A stretch of 64,000 nucleotides of DNA, taken from assembly GCF_009914755.1 (NCBI RefSeq), contig NC_060929.1; one strand, given 5' to 3'. The position numbers and the translations under genes are program-made. The notes under the pieces are model-generated. The model worked only from the letters and a program-made list of their open reading frames with translations, had not been told where the DNA came from and did no database searches. This DNA is from the human T2T-CHM13v2.0 reference genome, Homo sapiens. Positions within the stretch are counted from its first letter, which is position 1. Each line of letters starts with the position of its first letter. Below are positions 11,524-25,400 of this stretch, piece by piece.

Positions 11524-13737
11524 GAATTCACACATCACAAAGAACTTTCTGACAATGCTTCTATCTAGTTTTTATGTGAAGATTTTACTGTTTCCCATGA
11601 AGGCCTCAGAGTGGTCCGAATATCCACTTGCAGATTCTACAAAAAGAGGTTTTCAAAACTGCTCTATGCAGAGGTATGTTCAAGTCTGTGAGTTGAATGC
11701 AAACATCACGAAGCAGTTTCTGAGAATGCTTCTGTCTAGTTTTTAGGGGCAGATATTTCCGTTGGCACAATAGCCCTCAAAGCGCTCTAAATATCCACTG
11801 GCAGATTCTAGCAAAAGAGTGTTTCAAAACTGCTCTGTGAAAAGAAAGGTTCAACTGTGTTAGTTGAATGCCCACATCACAAAGAAGATTCTGAGAATAT
11901 TTCTGTCTAGTTTTTATTAGAAAATATTCCCGTTTCCACCAAAGGACACAAAGCTAAGCCAACTATCCGCTTGCAGATCTTACAAAAACACGTTTCAAAA
12001 CTGCTCTATCAAAGGAAAGGTTCATCTCTCTGGGTTCAACGCACACATCACAAAGAAGTTTCTGAGAATGCTTCTGGCTAGTTCGTGTGTGAAGATATTC
12101 CCATTTCCAACAAAGGCTTCAAAGCCCTCCAAATATTCACCTGCAATTGTTCAAAAGAGTGTTTCAAAACTGTTCTATCAAAAGGAAGGTTCAACTCTGT
12201 GAGTTGAACGCACGCTTCACATAAATGGTTCTGAGAATGCTTCTTTCTAGTTTTTATGTGAAGATATTTCCTTCTCCACCATAGCCTTCAAAGCGCTCCA
12301 AGTGTCCGCTGGCAGATTCCACAGAAACAGTGTTTCAAAACTGCTCTAACAAAAGAAAGATTCAACTCCGTGATTTGAATGCACACATCACAAAGCATTT
12401 TCTGTGAATCCTTCTGTCTAGTTTTTATATGAGGATATTTCCTTTTCTACCACGGGCATCCAAGCGTTCCAATTCTCCAATTGTATATTGCACAAACAGA
12501 GTGTTTCAAAACTGTTCCATGAGAAGGAAGATTCAAATTTGGGAGTACAATGCACACATCACCAAGAAGTTTCTGAGAATGCTTCTGTCTAGTTTATATG
12601 TGAAGATATTCCCGTTTCCAGCAAAGGTCTCACAGCGGTCCAAATATCCACTTGCGGATCCCACAAACAGAGTGTTTCAAAACTGCTCTACGGAAAGGTA
12701 TGTTCAACTCTGTGAGTTTACTGCAAACATCCTAAAGAAGTTTCTGGGAATGCTGCTGTCTAGTTTAATGTGAATATATTTTCTTTTCCGCCATAGCCCT
12801 CAAAGAGCTCCAAATATACACTTGCAAATTCTACAGAGTGTTTCAAAACTGCTCTATCCAAAAAAAGTTTCAAATCGGTGAGTCGAATGCACATATCAAA
12901 AAGCAGTTTCTGAGAATGCTTTCGTCTATTTTTCCCAGGAAGATATTTCCTTTTGGACCGTAGGCCTCAAATCGCTCCAGATATCCACATGCAGATTCTA
13001 CAAAAAGAGTGTTTCCAAACTGCCCTATCAAAAGGAAGGTTCAACTCTGGTAGTTGAATGCAAACATCACAAAGAAGTTTCTCAGAATGCTTCTGTCTAG
13101 TTGTCATAGGCAGATATTTCTTTTTCTACAATAGGCCTCAAAGCGCTCCAAATATCCACTTGCAGATCCTCCGAAAACAGTGTTTCAAAACTGCTCCATA
13201 AAAAGGAAGGTTCAACTCTGTGAGTTGAATGGACAGACCACAAAGAAGTTTCTGAGAATGCTTCTGTCTAGTGTTTATGTGAAGATATTCCCGTTTCCGA
13301 TGAAGGCCTCAAAGCAGTCCAAATATCCACTTGCAGATTCTACAAAAATAGTGCTTCAAAACTACTCTATGGAAAGGTATGTTCAACACTGTGAGATGAA
13401 TGCAAACGTCACAAAGAAGTTGCTGAGAATGCTTCAGTCTAGTTTCTATGGGAAGACATTTCCTTTTGCACCACAGCCTCCAAAGCACTCCAAATGTCTA
13501 CTTGCAGATTCGATAAAAGAGTTTTACAAAACTGCTCTATCAAAAGAAAGGTTCAACGCTGTGAGTTGAATCCACATATCACGAAAAAGTTTCTGAGAAT
13601 GCCTCTATCTACTTTTTATGTGAAGATATTCCGGTTTCCAACGAAGGCTTCAAAGCGCTCCAAATATCTACTTGCAGATTCTAGAAAAAGAGTGTTTCAA
13701 AACTGCTCTATTAAAGGAAGGTTCAACTCTGTGAGTT

Positions 13738-16459
13738 GAATTCACACATCACAAAGAACTTTCTGACAATGCTTTTATCTATTTTTTATGTGAAGATATT
13801 ACTGTTTCCTATGAAGGCCTCAGAGTGTTCCGAATATCCACTTGCAGATTCTACAAAAAGAGGTTTCCAAAAGTGCTCTATGCAGAGGTATGTTCAACCC
13901 TGTGAGTTGAATGCAAACATCACGAAGCAGTTTCTGAGAATGCTTCTGTCTAGTTTTTAGGGGCAGATATTTCCGTTGGCACAATAGCCCTCAAAGCGCT
14001 CCAAATATCCACTGGCAGATTCTACCAAAAGGGTGTTTCAAAACTGCTCTGTGAAAAGTAAGGTTCAACTGTGTTAGTTGAATGCCCACATCACGAAGAA
14101 GATTCTGAGAATATTTCTGTCTAGTTTTTATTAGAAGATATTCCCGTTTCCACCAAAGGACACACAGCGAAGCCAACTATCCGCTTGCAGATCTTACAAA
14201 AACACGTTTCAAAACTGCTCTATCAAAGGAAAGGTTCATCTCTCTGGGTTCAACGCACACATCACAAAGAAGTTTCTGAGAATGCTTCTGGCTAGTTTGT
14301 GTGTGAAGATATTCCCATTTCCAACAAAGGCTTCAAAGCCCTCCAAATATTCACCTGCAATTGTTCAAAAGAGTGTTTCAAACCTGTTCTATCAAAAGGA
14401 AGGTTCAACTCTGTGAGTTGAACGCACGCTTCACATAAATGTTTCTGAGAATGCTTCTTTCTAGTTTTTATGTGAAGATATTTCCTTCTCCACCATAGCC
14501 CTCAAAGCGCTCCAAGTGTCCGCTGGCAGATTCCACAGAAACAGTGTTTCAAAACTGCTCTAACAAAAGAAAGATTCAACTCCGTGATTTGAATGCACAC
14601 ATCACAAAGCATTTTCTGTGAATCCTTCTGTCTAGTTTTTATATGAGGATATTTCCTTTTCTACCACGGGCATCCAAGCGTTCCAATTCTCCAATTGTAG
14701 ATTGCACAAACAGAGTGTTTCAAAACTGCTCCATGAGAAGGAAGATTCAAATTTGGGAGTACAATGCACACATCACCAAGAAGTTTCTGAGAATGCTTCT
14801 GTCTAGTTTATATGTGAAGATATTCCCATTTCCAGCAAAGGTCTCAAAGGGGTCCAAATATCCACTTGCGGATCCCACAAACAGAGTGTTTCAAAACTGC
14901 TCTACGGAAAGGTGTGTTCAACTCTGTGAGTTTACTGCAAACAACCTAAAGAAGTTTCTGGGAATGCTGCTGTCTAGTTTAATGTGAATATATTTTCTTT
15001 TCCGCCATAGCCCTCAAGGAGCTCCAAATATCCACTTTCAGATTCTAAAGAGTGTTTCAAAACTGCTCTATCCAAAAAAAGTTTCAACTCGGTGAGTCGA
15101 ATGCACATATCACAAAGCAGTTTCTGAGAATGCTTTCGTCTATCTTTCCCAGGAAGATATTTCCTTTTGGACCGTAGGCCTCAAATCGCTCCAGATATCC
15201 ACATGCAGATTCTACAAAAAGAGTGTTTCCAAACTGCCCTATCAAAAGGAAGGTTCAACTCTGGTAGTTGAAGGCAAACATCACAAAGAAGTTTCTCAGA
15301 ATGCTTCTGTCTTGTTGTCATAGGCAGATATTTCTTTTTCTACCATAGGCCTCAAAGCGCTCCAAATATCCACTTGCAGATTCTCCAAAAACAGTGTTTC
15401 AAAACTGCTCCATAAAAAGGTATGTTCAACTCTGTGAGTTTACTGCAAATATCCTAAAGAAGTTTCTGGGAATGCTGCTGTCTAGTTTAATGTGAATATA
15501 TTTTCTTTTCCGCCATAGCCCTCAAAGAGCTCCAAATATCCACTTTCAGATTCTACAGAGTGTTTCAAAACTGCTCTATCCAAGAAAAGTTTCAACTCGG
15601 TGAGTCGAATGCACATATCACAAAGCAGTTTCTGAGAATGCTTTCGTCTATTTTTCCCAGGAAGATATTTCCTTTCGGACCGTAGGCCTCAAATCGCTCC
15701 AGATATCCACATGCAGATTCTACAAAGAGAGTGTTTCCAAACTGCCCTATCAAAAGGAAGGTTCAACTCTGGTAGTTGAATGCAAACATCACAAAGAAGT
15801 TTCTCAGAATGCTTCTGTCTAGTTGTCATAGGCAGATATTTCTTTTACTACCATAGGCCTCAAAGCGCTCCAAATATCCACTTGCAAATCCTCAGAAAAC
15901 AGTGTTTCAAAACTGCTCCATAAAAAGGAAGGTTCAACTCTGTGAGTTGAATGGACAGACCACAAAGAAGTTTCTGAGAATGCTTCTGTCTAGTGTTTAT
16001 GTGAAGATATTCCCGTTTCCGATGAAGGCCTCAAAGCAGTCCAAATATCCACTTGCAGATTCTACAAAAATAGTGCTTCAAAACTACTCTATGGAAAGGT
16101 ATGTTCAACACTGTGAGATGAATGCAAACGTCACAAAGAAGTTGCTGAGAATGCTTCAGTCTACTTTCTATGGGAAGACATTTCCTTTTGCACCACAGCC
16201 CCCAAAGCACTCCAAATGTCTACTTGCAGATTCGATAAAGGAGTTTTACAAAACTGCTCTATCAAAAGAAAGGTTCAACGCTGTGACTTGAATCCACATA
16301 TCACGAAAAAGTTTCTGAGAATGCCTCTGTCTACTTTTTATGTGAAGATATTCCGGTTTCCAACGAAGGCCTCAAAGCGCTCCAAATATCTACTTGCAGA
16401 TTCTAGAAAAAGAGTGTTTCAAAACTGCTATATTAAAGGAAGGTTCAACTCTGTGAGTT
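13738..16459 (-). repeat. 16-mer variant HOR, 2,722 bp (duplication 14913-15420 / 15421-15928)
   Basis: Same chimeric junction at 15420/15421; last 16-mer in the window. Confidence 0.93.
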
Positions 16460-19400
16460 GAATTCACACATCACAAAGAACTTTCTGACAATGCTTCTAT
16501 CTAGTTTTTATGTGAAGATTTTACTGTTTCCCATGAAGGCCTCAGAGTGGTCCGAATATCCACTTGCAGATTCTACAAAAAGAGGTTTTCAAAACTGCTC
16601 TATGCAGAGGTATGTTCAAGTCTGTGAGTTGAATGCAAACATCACGAAGCAGTTTCTGAGAATGCTTCTGTCTAGTTTTTAGGGGCAGATATTTCCGTTG
16701 GCACAATAGCCCTCAAAGCGCTCTAAATATCCACTGGCAGATTCTAGCAAAAGAGTGTTTCAAAACTGCTCTGTGAAAAGAAAGGTTCAACTGTGTTAGT
16801 TGAATGCCCACATCACAAAGAAGATTCTGAGAATATTTCTGTCTAGTTTTTATTAGAAAATATTCCCGTTTCCACCAAAGGACACAAAGCTAAGCCAACT
16901 ATCCGCTTGCAGATCTTACAAAAACACGTTTCAAAACTGCTCTATCAAAGGAAAGGTTCATCTCTCTGGGTTCAACGCACACATCACAAAGAAGTTTCTG
17001 AGAATGCTTCTGGCTAGTTCGTGTGTGAAGATATTCCCATTTCCAACAAAGGCTTCAAAGCCCTCCAAATATTCACCTGCAATTGTTCAAAAGAGTGTTT
17101 CAAAACTGTTCTATCAAAAGGAAGGTTCAACTCTGTGAGTTGAACGCACGCTTCACATAAATGGTTCTGAGAATGCTTCTTTCTAGTTTTTATGTGAAGA
17201 TATTTCCTTCTCCACCATAGCCTTCAAAGCGCTCCAAGTGTCCGCTGGCAGATTCCACAGAAACAGTGTTTCAAAACTGCTCTAACAAAAGAAAGATTCA
17301 ACTCCGTGATTTGAATGCACACATCACAAAGCATTTTCTGTGAATCCTTCTGTCTAGTTTTTATATGAGGATATTTCCTTTTCTACCACGGGCATCCAAG
17401 CGTTCCAATTCTCCAATTGTATATTGCACAAACAGAGTGTTTCAAAACTGTTCCATGAGAAGGAAGATTCAAATTTGGGAGTACAATGCACACATCACCA
17501 AGAAGTTTCTGAGAATGCTTCTGTCTAGTTTATATGTGAAGATATTCCCGTTTCCAGCAAAGGTCTCACAGCGGTCCAAATATCCACTTGCGGATCCCAC
17601 AAACAGAGTGTTTCAAAACTGCTCTACGGAAAGGTATGTTCAACTCTGTGAGTTTACTGCAAACATCCTAAAGAAGTTTCTGGGAATGCTGCTGTCTAGT
17701 TTAATGTGAATATATTTTCTTTTCCGCCATAGCCCTCAAAGAGCTCCAAATATACACTTGCAAATTCTACAGAGTGTTTCAAAACTGCTCTATCCAAAAA
17801 AAGTTTCAAATCGGTGAGTCGAATGCACATATCAAAAAGCAGTTTCTGAGAATGCTTTCGTCTATTTTTCCCAGGAAGATATTTCCTTTTGGACCGTAGG
17901 CCTCAAATCGCTCCAGATATCCACATGCAGATTCTACAAAAAGAGTGTTTCCAAACTGCCCTATCAAAAGGAAGGTTCAACTCTGGTAGTTGAATGCAAA
18001 CATCACAAAGAAGTTTCTCAGAATGCTTCTGTCTAGTTGTCATAGGCAGATATTTCTTTTTCTACAATAGGCCTCAAAGCGCTCCAAATATCCACTTGCA
18101 GATCCTCCGAAAACAGTGTTTCAAAACTGCTCCATAAAAAGGAAGGTTCAACTCTGTGAGTTGAATGGACAGACCACAAAGAAGTTTCTGAGAATGCTTC
18201 TGTCTAGTGTTTATGTGAAGATATTCCCGTTTCCGATGAAGGCCTCAAAGCAGTCCAAATATCCACTTGCAGATTCTACAAAAATAGTGCTTCAAAACTA
18301 CTCTATGGAAAGGTATGTTCAACACTGTGAGATGAATGCAAACGTCACAAAGAAGTTGCTGAGAATGCTTCAGTCTAGTTTCTATGGGAAGACATTTCCT
18401 TTTGCACCACAGCCTCCAAAGCACTCCAAATGTCTACTTGCAGATTCGATAAAAGAGTTTTACAAAACTGCTCTATCAAAAGAAAGGTTCAACGCTGTGA
18501 GTTGAATCCACATATCACGAAAAAGTTTCTGAGAATGCCTCTATCTACTTTTTATGTGAAGATATTCCGGTTTCCAACGAAGGCTTCAAAGCGCTCCAAA
18601 TATCTACTTGCAGATTCTAGAAAAAGAGTGTTTCAAAACTGCTCTATTAAAGGAAGGTTCAACTCTGTGAGTTGAATTCACACATCACAAAGAACTTTCT
18701 GACAATGCTTTTATCTATTTTTTATGTGAAGATATTACTGTTTCCTATGAAGGCCTCAGAGTGTTCCGAATATCCACTTGCAGATTCTACAAAAAGAGGT
18801 TTCCAAAAGTGCTCTATGCAGAGGTATGTTCAAGTCTGTGAGTTGAATGCAAACATCACAAAGCAGTTTCTGAGAATGCTTCTGTATAGTTTTTAGGGGC
18901 AGAGATTTCCGTTGGAACAATAGCCCTCAAAGCGCTCCAAATATCCACTGGCAGATTCTACCAAAAGAGTGTTTCAAAACTGCTCTGTGAAAAGAAACGT
19001 TCAACTGTGTTAGTTGAATGCCCACATCACAAAGAAGATTCTGAGAATATTTCTGTCTAGTTTTTATTAGAAGATATTCCGGTTTCCACCAAAGGACACA
19101 ATGCGAAGCCAACTATCCGCTTGCAGATCTTACAAAAACACGTTTCAAAACTGCTCTATCAAAGGAAAGGTTCATCTCTCTGGGTTCAACGCACACATCA
19201 CAAAGAAGTTTCTGAGAATGCTTCTGGCTAGTTTGTGTGTGAAGATATTCCCATTTCCAACAAAGGCTTCAAAGCCCTCCAAATATTCACCTGCAATTGT
19301 TCAAAAGAGTGTTTCAAAACTGTTCTATCAAAAGGAAGGTTCAACTCTGTGAGTTGAATGCACGCTTCACATAAATGGTTCTCAGAATGCTTCTTTCTAG

Positions 19401-22400
19401 TTTTTATGTGAAGATATTTCCTTCTCCACCATAGCCCTCAAAGCGCTCCAAGTGTCCGCTGGCAGATTCCACAGAAACGGTGTTTCAAAACTGCTCTAAC
19501 AAAAGAAAGATTCAACTCCGTGATCTGAATGCACACATCACAAAGCATTTTCTGTGAATCCTTCTGTCTAGTTTTTATATGAGGATATTTCCTTTTCTAC
19601 CACGGGCATCCAAGCGTTCCAATTCTCCAATTGTAGATTGCACAAACAGAGTGTTTCAAAACTGCTCCATGAGAAGGAAGATTCAAATTTGGGAGTACAA
19701 TGCACACATCACCAAGAAGTTTCTGAGAATGCTTCTGTCTAGTTTATATGTGAAGATATTCCCGTTTCCAGCAAAGGTCTCAAAGCGGTCCAAATATCCA
19801 CTTGCGGATCCCACAAACAGAGTGTTTCAAAACTGCTCTACGGAAAGGTATGTTCAACTCTGTGAGTTTACTGCAAACATCCTAAAGAAGTTTCTGGGAA
19901 TGCTGCTGTCTAGTTTAATGTGAATATATTTTCTTTTCCGCCATAGCCCTCAAAGAGCTCCAAATATCCACTTTCAGATTCTACAGAGTGTTTCAAAACT
20001 GCTCTATCCAAAAAAAGTTTCAACTCGGTGAGTCGAATGCACATATCACAAAGCAGTTTCTGAGAATGCTTTCGTCTATCTTTCCCAGGAAGATATTTCC
20101 TTTTGGACCGTAGGCCTCAAATCGCTCCAGATATCCACATGCAGATTCTACAAAAAGAGTGTTTCCAAACTGCCCTATCAAAAGGAAGGTTCAACTCTGG
20201 TAGTTGAAGGCAAACATCACAAAGAAGTTTCTCAGAATGCTTCTGTCTAGTTGTCATAGGCAGATATTTCTTTTTCTACCATAGGCCTCAAAGCGCTCCA
20301 AATATCCACTTGCAGATTCTCCAAAAACAGGGTTTCAAAACTGCTCCATATAAAGGAAGGTTCAACTCCGTGAGTTGAATGGACAGACCACAAAGAAGTT
20401 TCTGAGAATGCTTCTGTCTAGTGTTTATGTGAAGGTATTCCCGTTTCCGATGAAGGCCTCAAAGCAGTCCAAATATCCTCTTGCAGATTCTACAAAAATA
20501 GTGCTTCAAAACTACTCTATGGAAAGGTATGTTCAACACTGTGAGATGAATGCAAACGTCACAAAGAAGTTGCTGAGAATGCTTCAGTCTACTTTCTATG
20601 GGAAGACATTTCCTTTTGCACCACAGCCCTCAAAGCACTCCAAATGTCTACTTGCAGATTCGATAAAAGAGTTTTACAAAACTGCTCTATCAAAAGAAAG
20701 GTTCAACGCTGTGAGTTGAATCCACATATCACGAAAAAGTTTCTGAGAATGCCTCTATCTACGTTTTATGTGAAGATATTCCGGTTTCCAACGAAGGCCT
20801 CAAAGCGCTCCAAATATCTACTTACAGATTCTAGAAAAAGAGTGTTTCAAAACTGCTCTATTAAAGGAAGGTTCAACTCTGTGAGTTGAATTCACACATC
20901 ACAAAGAACTTTCTGACAATGCTTCTATCTAGTTTTTATGTGAAGATATTACTGTTTCCTATGAAGGCCTCAAAGTGGTCCGAATATCCACTTGCAGATT
21001 CTACAAAAAGAGGTTTTCAAAACTGCTCTATGCAGAGGTATGTTCAACCCTGTGAGTTGAATGCAAACATCACGAAGCAGTTTCTGAGAATGCTTCTGTC
21101 TAGTTTTTAGGGGCAGATATTTCCGTTGGCACCATAGCCCTCAAAGCGCTCCAAATATCCACTGGCAGATTCTACCAAAAGGGTGTTTCAAAACTGCTCT
21201 GTGAAAAGAAAGGTTCAACTGTGTTAGTTGAATGCCCACATCACAAAGAAGATTCTGAGAATATTTCTGTCTAGTTTTTATTAGAAGATATTCCCGTTTC
21301 CACCAAAGGACACACAGCGAAGCCAACTATCCGCTTGCAGATCTTACAAAAACACGCTTCAAAACTGCTCTGTCAAAGGAAAGGTTCATCTCTCTGGGTT
21401 CAACGCACACATCATAAAGAAGTTTCTGAGAATGCTTCTGGCTAGTTTGTGTGTGAAGATATTCCCATTTCCAACAAAGGCTTCAAAGCCCTCCAAATAT
21501 TCACCTGCAATTGTTCAAAAGAGTGTTTCAAAACTGTTCTATCAAAAGGAAGGTTCAACTCTGTGAGTTGAACGCACGCTTCACATAAATGGTTCTGAGA
21601 ATGCTTCTTTCTAGTTTTTATGTGAAGATATTTCCTTCTCCACCATAGCCCTAAAAGCGCTCCAAGTGTCCGCTGGCAGATTCCACAGAAACAGTGTTTC
21701 AAAACTGCTCTAACAAAAGAAAGATTCAACTCCGTGATCTGAATGCACACATCACAAAGCATTTTCTGTGAATCCTTCTGTCTAGTTTTTATATGAGGAT
21801 ATTTCCTTTTCTACCACGGGCATCCAAGCGTTCCAATTCTCCAATTGTAGATTGCACAAACAGAGTGTTTCAAAACTGCTCCATGAGAAGGAAGATTCAA
21901 ATTTGGGAGTACAATGCACACATCACCAAGAAGTTTCTGAGAATGCTTCTGTCTAGTTTATATGTGAAGATATTCCCGTTTCCAGCAAAGGTCTCAAAGC
22001 GGTCCAAATATCCACTTGCGGATCCCACAAACAGAGTGTTTCAAAACTGCTCTACGGAAAGGTATGTTCAACTCTGTGAGTTTACTGCAAACATCCTAAA
22101 GAAGTTTCTGGGAATGCTGCTGTCTAGTTTAATGTGAATATATTTTCTTTTCCGCCATAGCCCTCAAGGAGCTCCTAATATCCACTTTCAGATTCTACAG
22201 AGTGTTTCAAAACTGCTCTATCCAAAAAAAGTTTCAACTCGGTGAGTCGAATGCACATATCACAAAGCAGTTTCTGAGAATGCTTTCGTCTATCTTTCCC
22301 AGGAAGATATTTCCTTTTGGACCGTAGGCCTCAAATCGCTCCAGATATCCACATGCAGATTCTACAAAAAGAGTGTTTCCAAACTGCCCTATCAAAAGGA

Positions 22401-25400
22401 AGGTTCAACTCTGGTAGTTGAAGGCAAACATCACAAAGAAGTTTCTCAGAATGCTTCTGTCTAGTTGCCATAGGCAGATATTTCTTTTTCTACCATAGGC
22501 CTCAAAGCGCTCCAAATATCCACTTGCAGATTCTCCAAAAACAGGGTTTCAAAACTGCTCCATAAAAAGGAAGGTTCAACTCTGTGAGTCGAATGGACAG
22601 ACCACAAAGAAGTTGCTGAGAATGCTTCTGTCTAGTGTTTATGTGAAGGTATTCCCGTTTCCGATGAAGGCCTCAAAGCAGTCCAAATATCCACTTGCAG
22701 ATTCTACAAAAATAGTGCTTCAAAACTACTCTATGGAAAGGTATGTTCAACACTGTGAGATGAATGCAAACGTCACAAAGAAGTTGCTGAGAATGCTTCA
22801 GTCTGCTTTCTATGGGAAGACATTTCCTTTTGCACCACAGCCCTCAAAGCACTCCAAATGTCTACTTGCAGATTCGATAAAAGAGTTTTACAAAACTGCT
22901 CTATCAAAAGAAAGGTTCAACGCTGTGAGTTGAATCCACATATCACGAAAAAGTTTCTGAGAATGCCTCTATCTACGTTTTATGTGAAGATATTCCGGTT
23001 TCCAACGAAGGCCTCAAAGCGCTCCAAATATCTACTGGCAGATTCTAGAAAAAGAGTGTTTCAAAACTGCTCTAATAAAGGAAGGTTCAACGCTGTGAGT
23101 TGAATTCACACATCACAAAGAACTTTCTGACAATGCTTCTATCTAGTTTTTATGTGAAGATATTACTGTTTCCTATGAAGGCCTCAAAGTGGTCCGAATA
23201 TCCACTTGCAGATTCTACAAAAAGAGGTTTTCAAAACTGCTCTATGCAGAGGTATGTTCAACCCTGTGAGTTGAATGCAAACATCACGAAGCAGTTTCTG
23301 AGAATGCTTCTGTCTAGTTTTTAGGGGCAGATATTTCCGTTGGCACCATAGCCCTCAAAGCGCTCGAAATATCCACTGGCAGATTCTACCAAAAGAGTGT
23401 TTCAAAACTGCTCTGTGAAAAGAAACGTTCAACTGTGTTAGTTGAATGCCCACATCACAAAGAAGATTCTGAGAATATTTCTGTCTAGTTTTTATTAGAA
23501 GATATTCCCGTTTCCACCAAAGGACACAAAGCGAAGCCAACTATCCGCTTGCAGATCTTACAAAAACACGTTTCAAAACTGCTCTATCAAAGGAAAGGTT
23601 CATCTCTCTGGGTTCAACGCACACATCACAAAGAAGTTTCTGAGAATGCTTCTGGCTAGTTCGTGTGTGAAGATATTCCCATTTCCAACAAAGGCTTCAA
23701 AGCCCTCCAAATATTCACCTGCAATTGTTCAAAAGAGTGTTTCAAAACTGTTCTATCAAAAGGAAGGTTCAACTCTGTGAGTTGAACGCACGCTTCACAT
23801 AAATGGTTCTGAGAATGCTTCTTTCTAGTTTTTATGTGAAGATATTTCCTTCTCCACCATAGCCCTCAAAGCGCTCCAAGTGTCCGCTGGCAGATTCCAC
23901 AGAAACAGTGTTTCAAAACTGCTCTAACAAAAGAAAGATTCAACTCCGTGATTTGAATGCACACATCACAAAGCATTTTCTGTGAATCCTTCTGTCTAGT
24001 TTTTATATGAGGATATTTCCTTTTCTACCACGGGCATCCAAGCGTTCCAATTCTCCAATTGTAGATTGCACAAACAGAGTGTTTCAAAACTGTTCCATGA
24101 GAAGGAAGATTCAAATTTGGGAGTACAATGCACACATCACCAAGAAGTTTCTGAGAATGCTTCTGTCTAGTTTATATGTGAAGATATTCCCGTTTCCAGC
24201 AAAGGTCTCACAGCGGTCCAAATATCCACTTGCGGATCCCACAAACAGAGTGTTTCAAAACTGCTCTACGGAAAGGTATGTTCAACTCTGTGAGTTTACT
24301 GCAAACATCCTAAAGAAGTTTCTGGGAATGCTGCTGTCTAGTTTAATGTGAATATATTTTCTTTTCCGCCATAGCCCTCAAAGAGCTCCAAATATCCACT
24401 TTCAGATTCTACAGAGTGTTTCAAAACTGCTCTATCCAAAAAAAGTTTCAACTCGGTGAGTCGAATGCACATATCACAAAGCAGTTTCTGAGAATGCTTT
24501 CGTCTATTTTTCCCAGGAAGATATTTCCTTTCGGACCGTAGGCCTCAAATCGCTCCAGATATCCACATGCAGATTCTACAAAGAGAGTGTTTCCAAACTG
24601 CCCTATCAAAAGGAAGGTTCAACTCTGGTAGTTGAAGGCAAACATCACAAAGAAGTTTCTCAGAATGCTTCTGTCTAGTTGTCATAGGCAGATATTTCTT
24701 TTACTACCATAGGCCTCAAAGCGCTCCAAATATCCACTTGCAGATCCTCCGAAAACAGTGTTTCAAAACTGCTCCATAAAAAGGAAGGTTCAACTCTGTG
24801 AGTTGAATGGACAGACCACAAAGAAGTTTCTGAGAATGCTTCTGTCTAGTGTTTATGTGAAGATATTCCCGTTTCCGATGAAGGCCTCAAAGCAGTCCAA
24901 ATATCCACTTGCAGATTCTACAAAAATAGTGCTTCAAAACTACTCTATGGAAAGGTATGTTCAACACTGTGAGATGAATGCAAACGTCACAAAGAAGTTG
25001 CTGAGAATGCTTCAGTCTACTTTCTATGGGAAGACATTTCCTTTTGCACCACAGCCCCCAAAGCACTCCAAATGTCTACTTGCAGATTCGATAAAGGAGT
25101 TTTACAAAACTGCTCTATCAAAAGAAAGGTTCAACGCTGTGACTTGAATCCACATATCACGAAAAAGTTTCTGAGAATGCCTCTGTCTACTTTTTATGTG
25201 AAGATATTCCGGTTTCCAACGATGGCCTCAAAGCGCTCCAAATATCTACTTGCAGATTCTAGAAAAAGAGTGTTTCAAAACTGCTCTATTAAAGGAAGGT
25301 TCAACTCTGTGAGTTGAATTCACACATCACAAAGAACTTTCTGACAATGCTTCTATCTAGTTTTTATGTGAAGATTTTACTGTTTCCCATGAAGGCCTCA

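Larger units (their letters stand above)
1..18833 (-). repeat. 4,936-bp super-HOR (13-mer + 16-mer = 29 monomers), ~3.8 tandem copies, open at the left window edge
   Basis: Homologous ORF starts at 1094, 3308, 6030, 8244, 10966, 13180, 15902, 18116 give alternating spacings of 2214 and 2722. Private SNVs and ORF translations recur exactly every 4,936 bp. The first mismatch at this lag is at 18,834 (CAAGTC versus CAACCC at 13,898). Confidence 0.95.
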
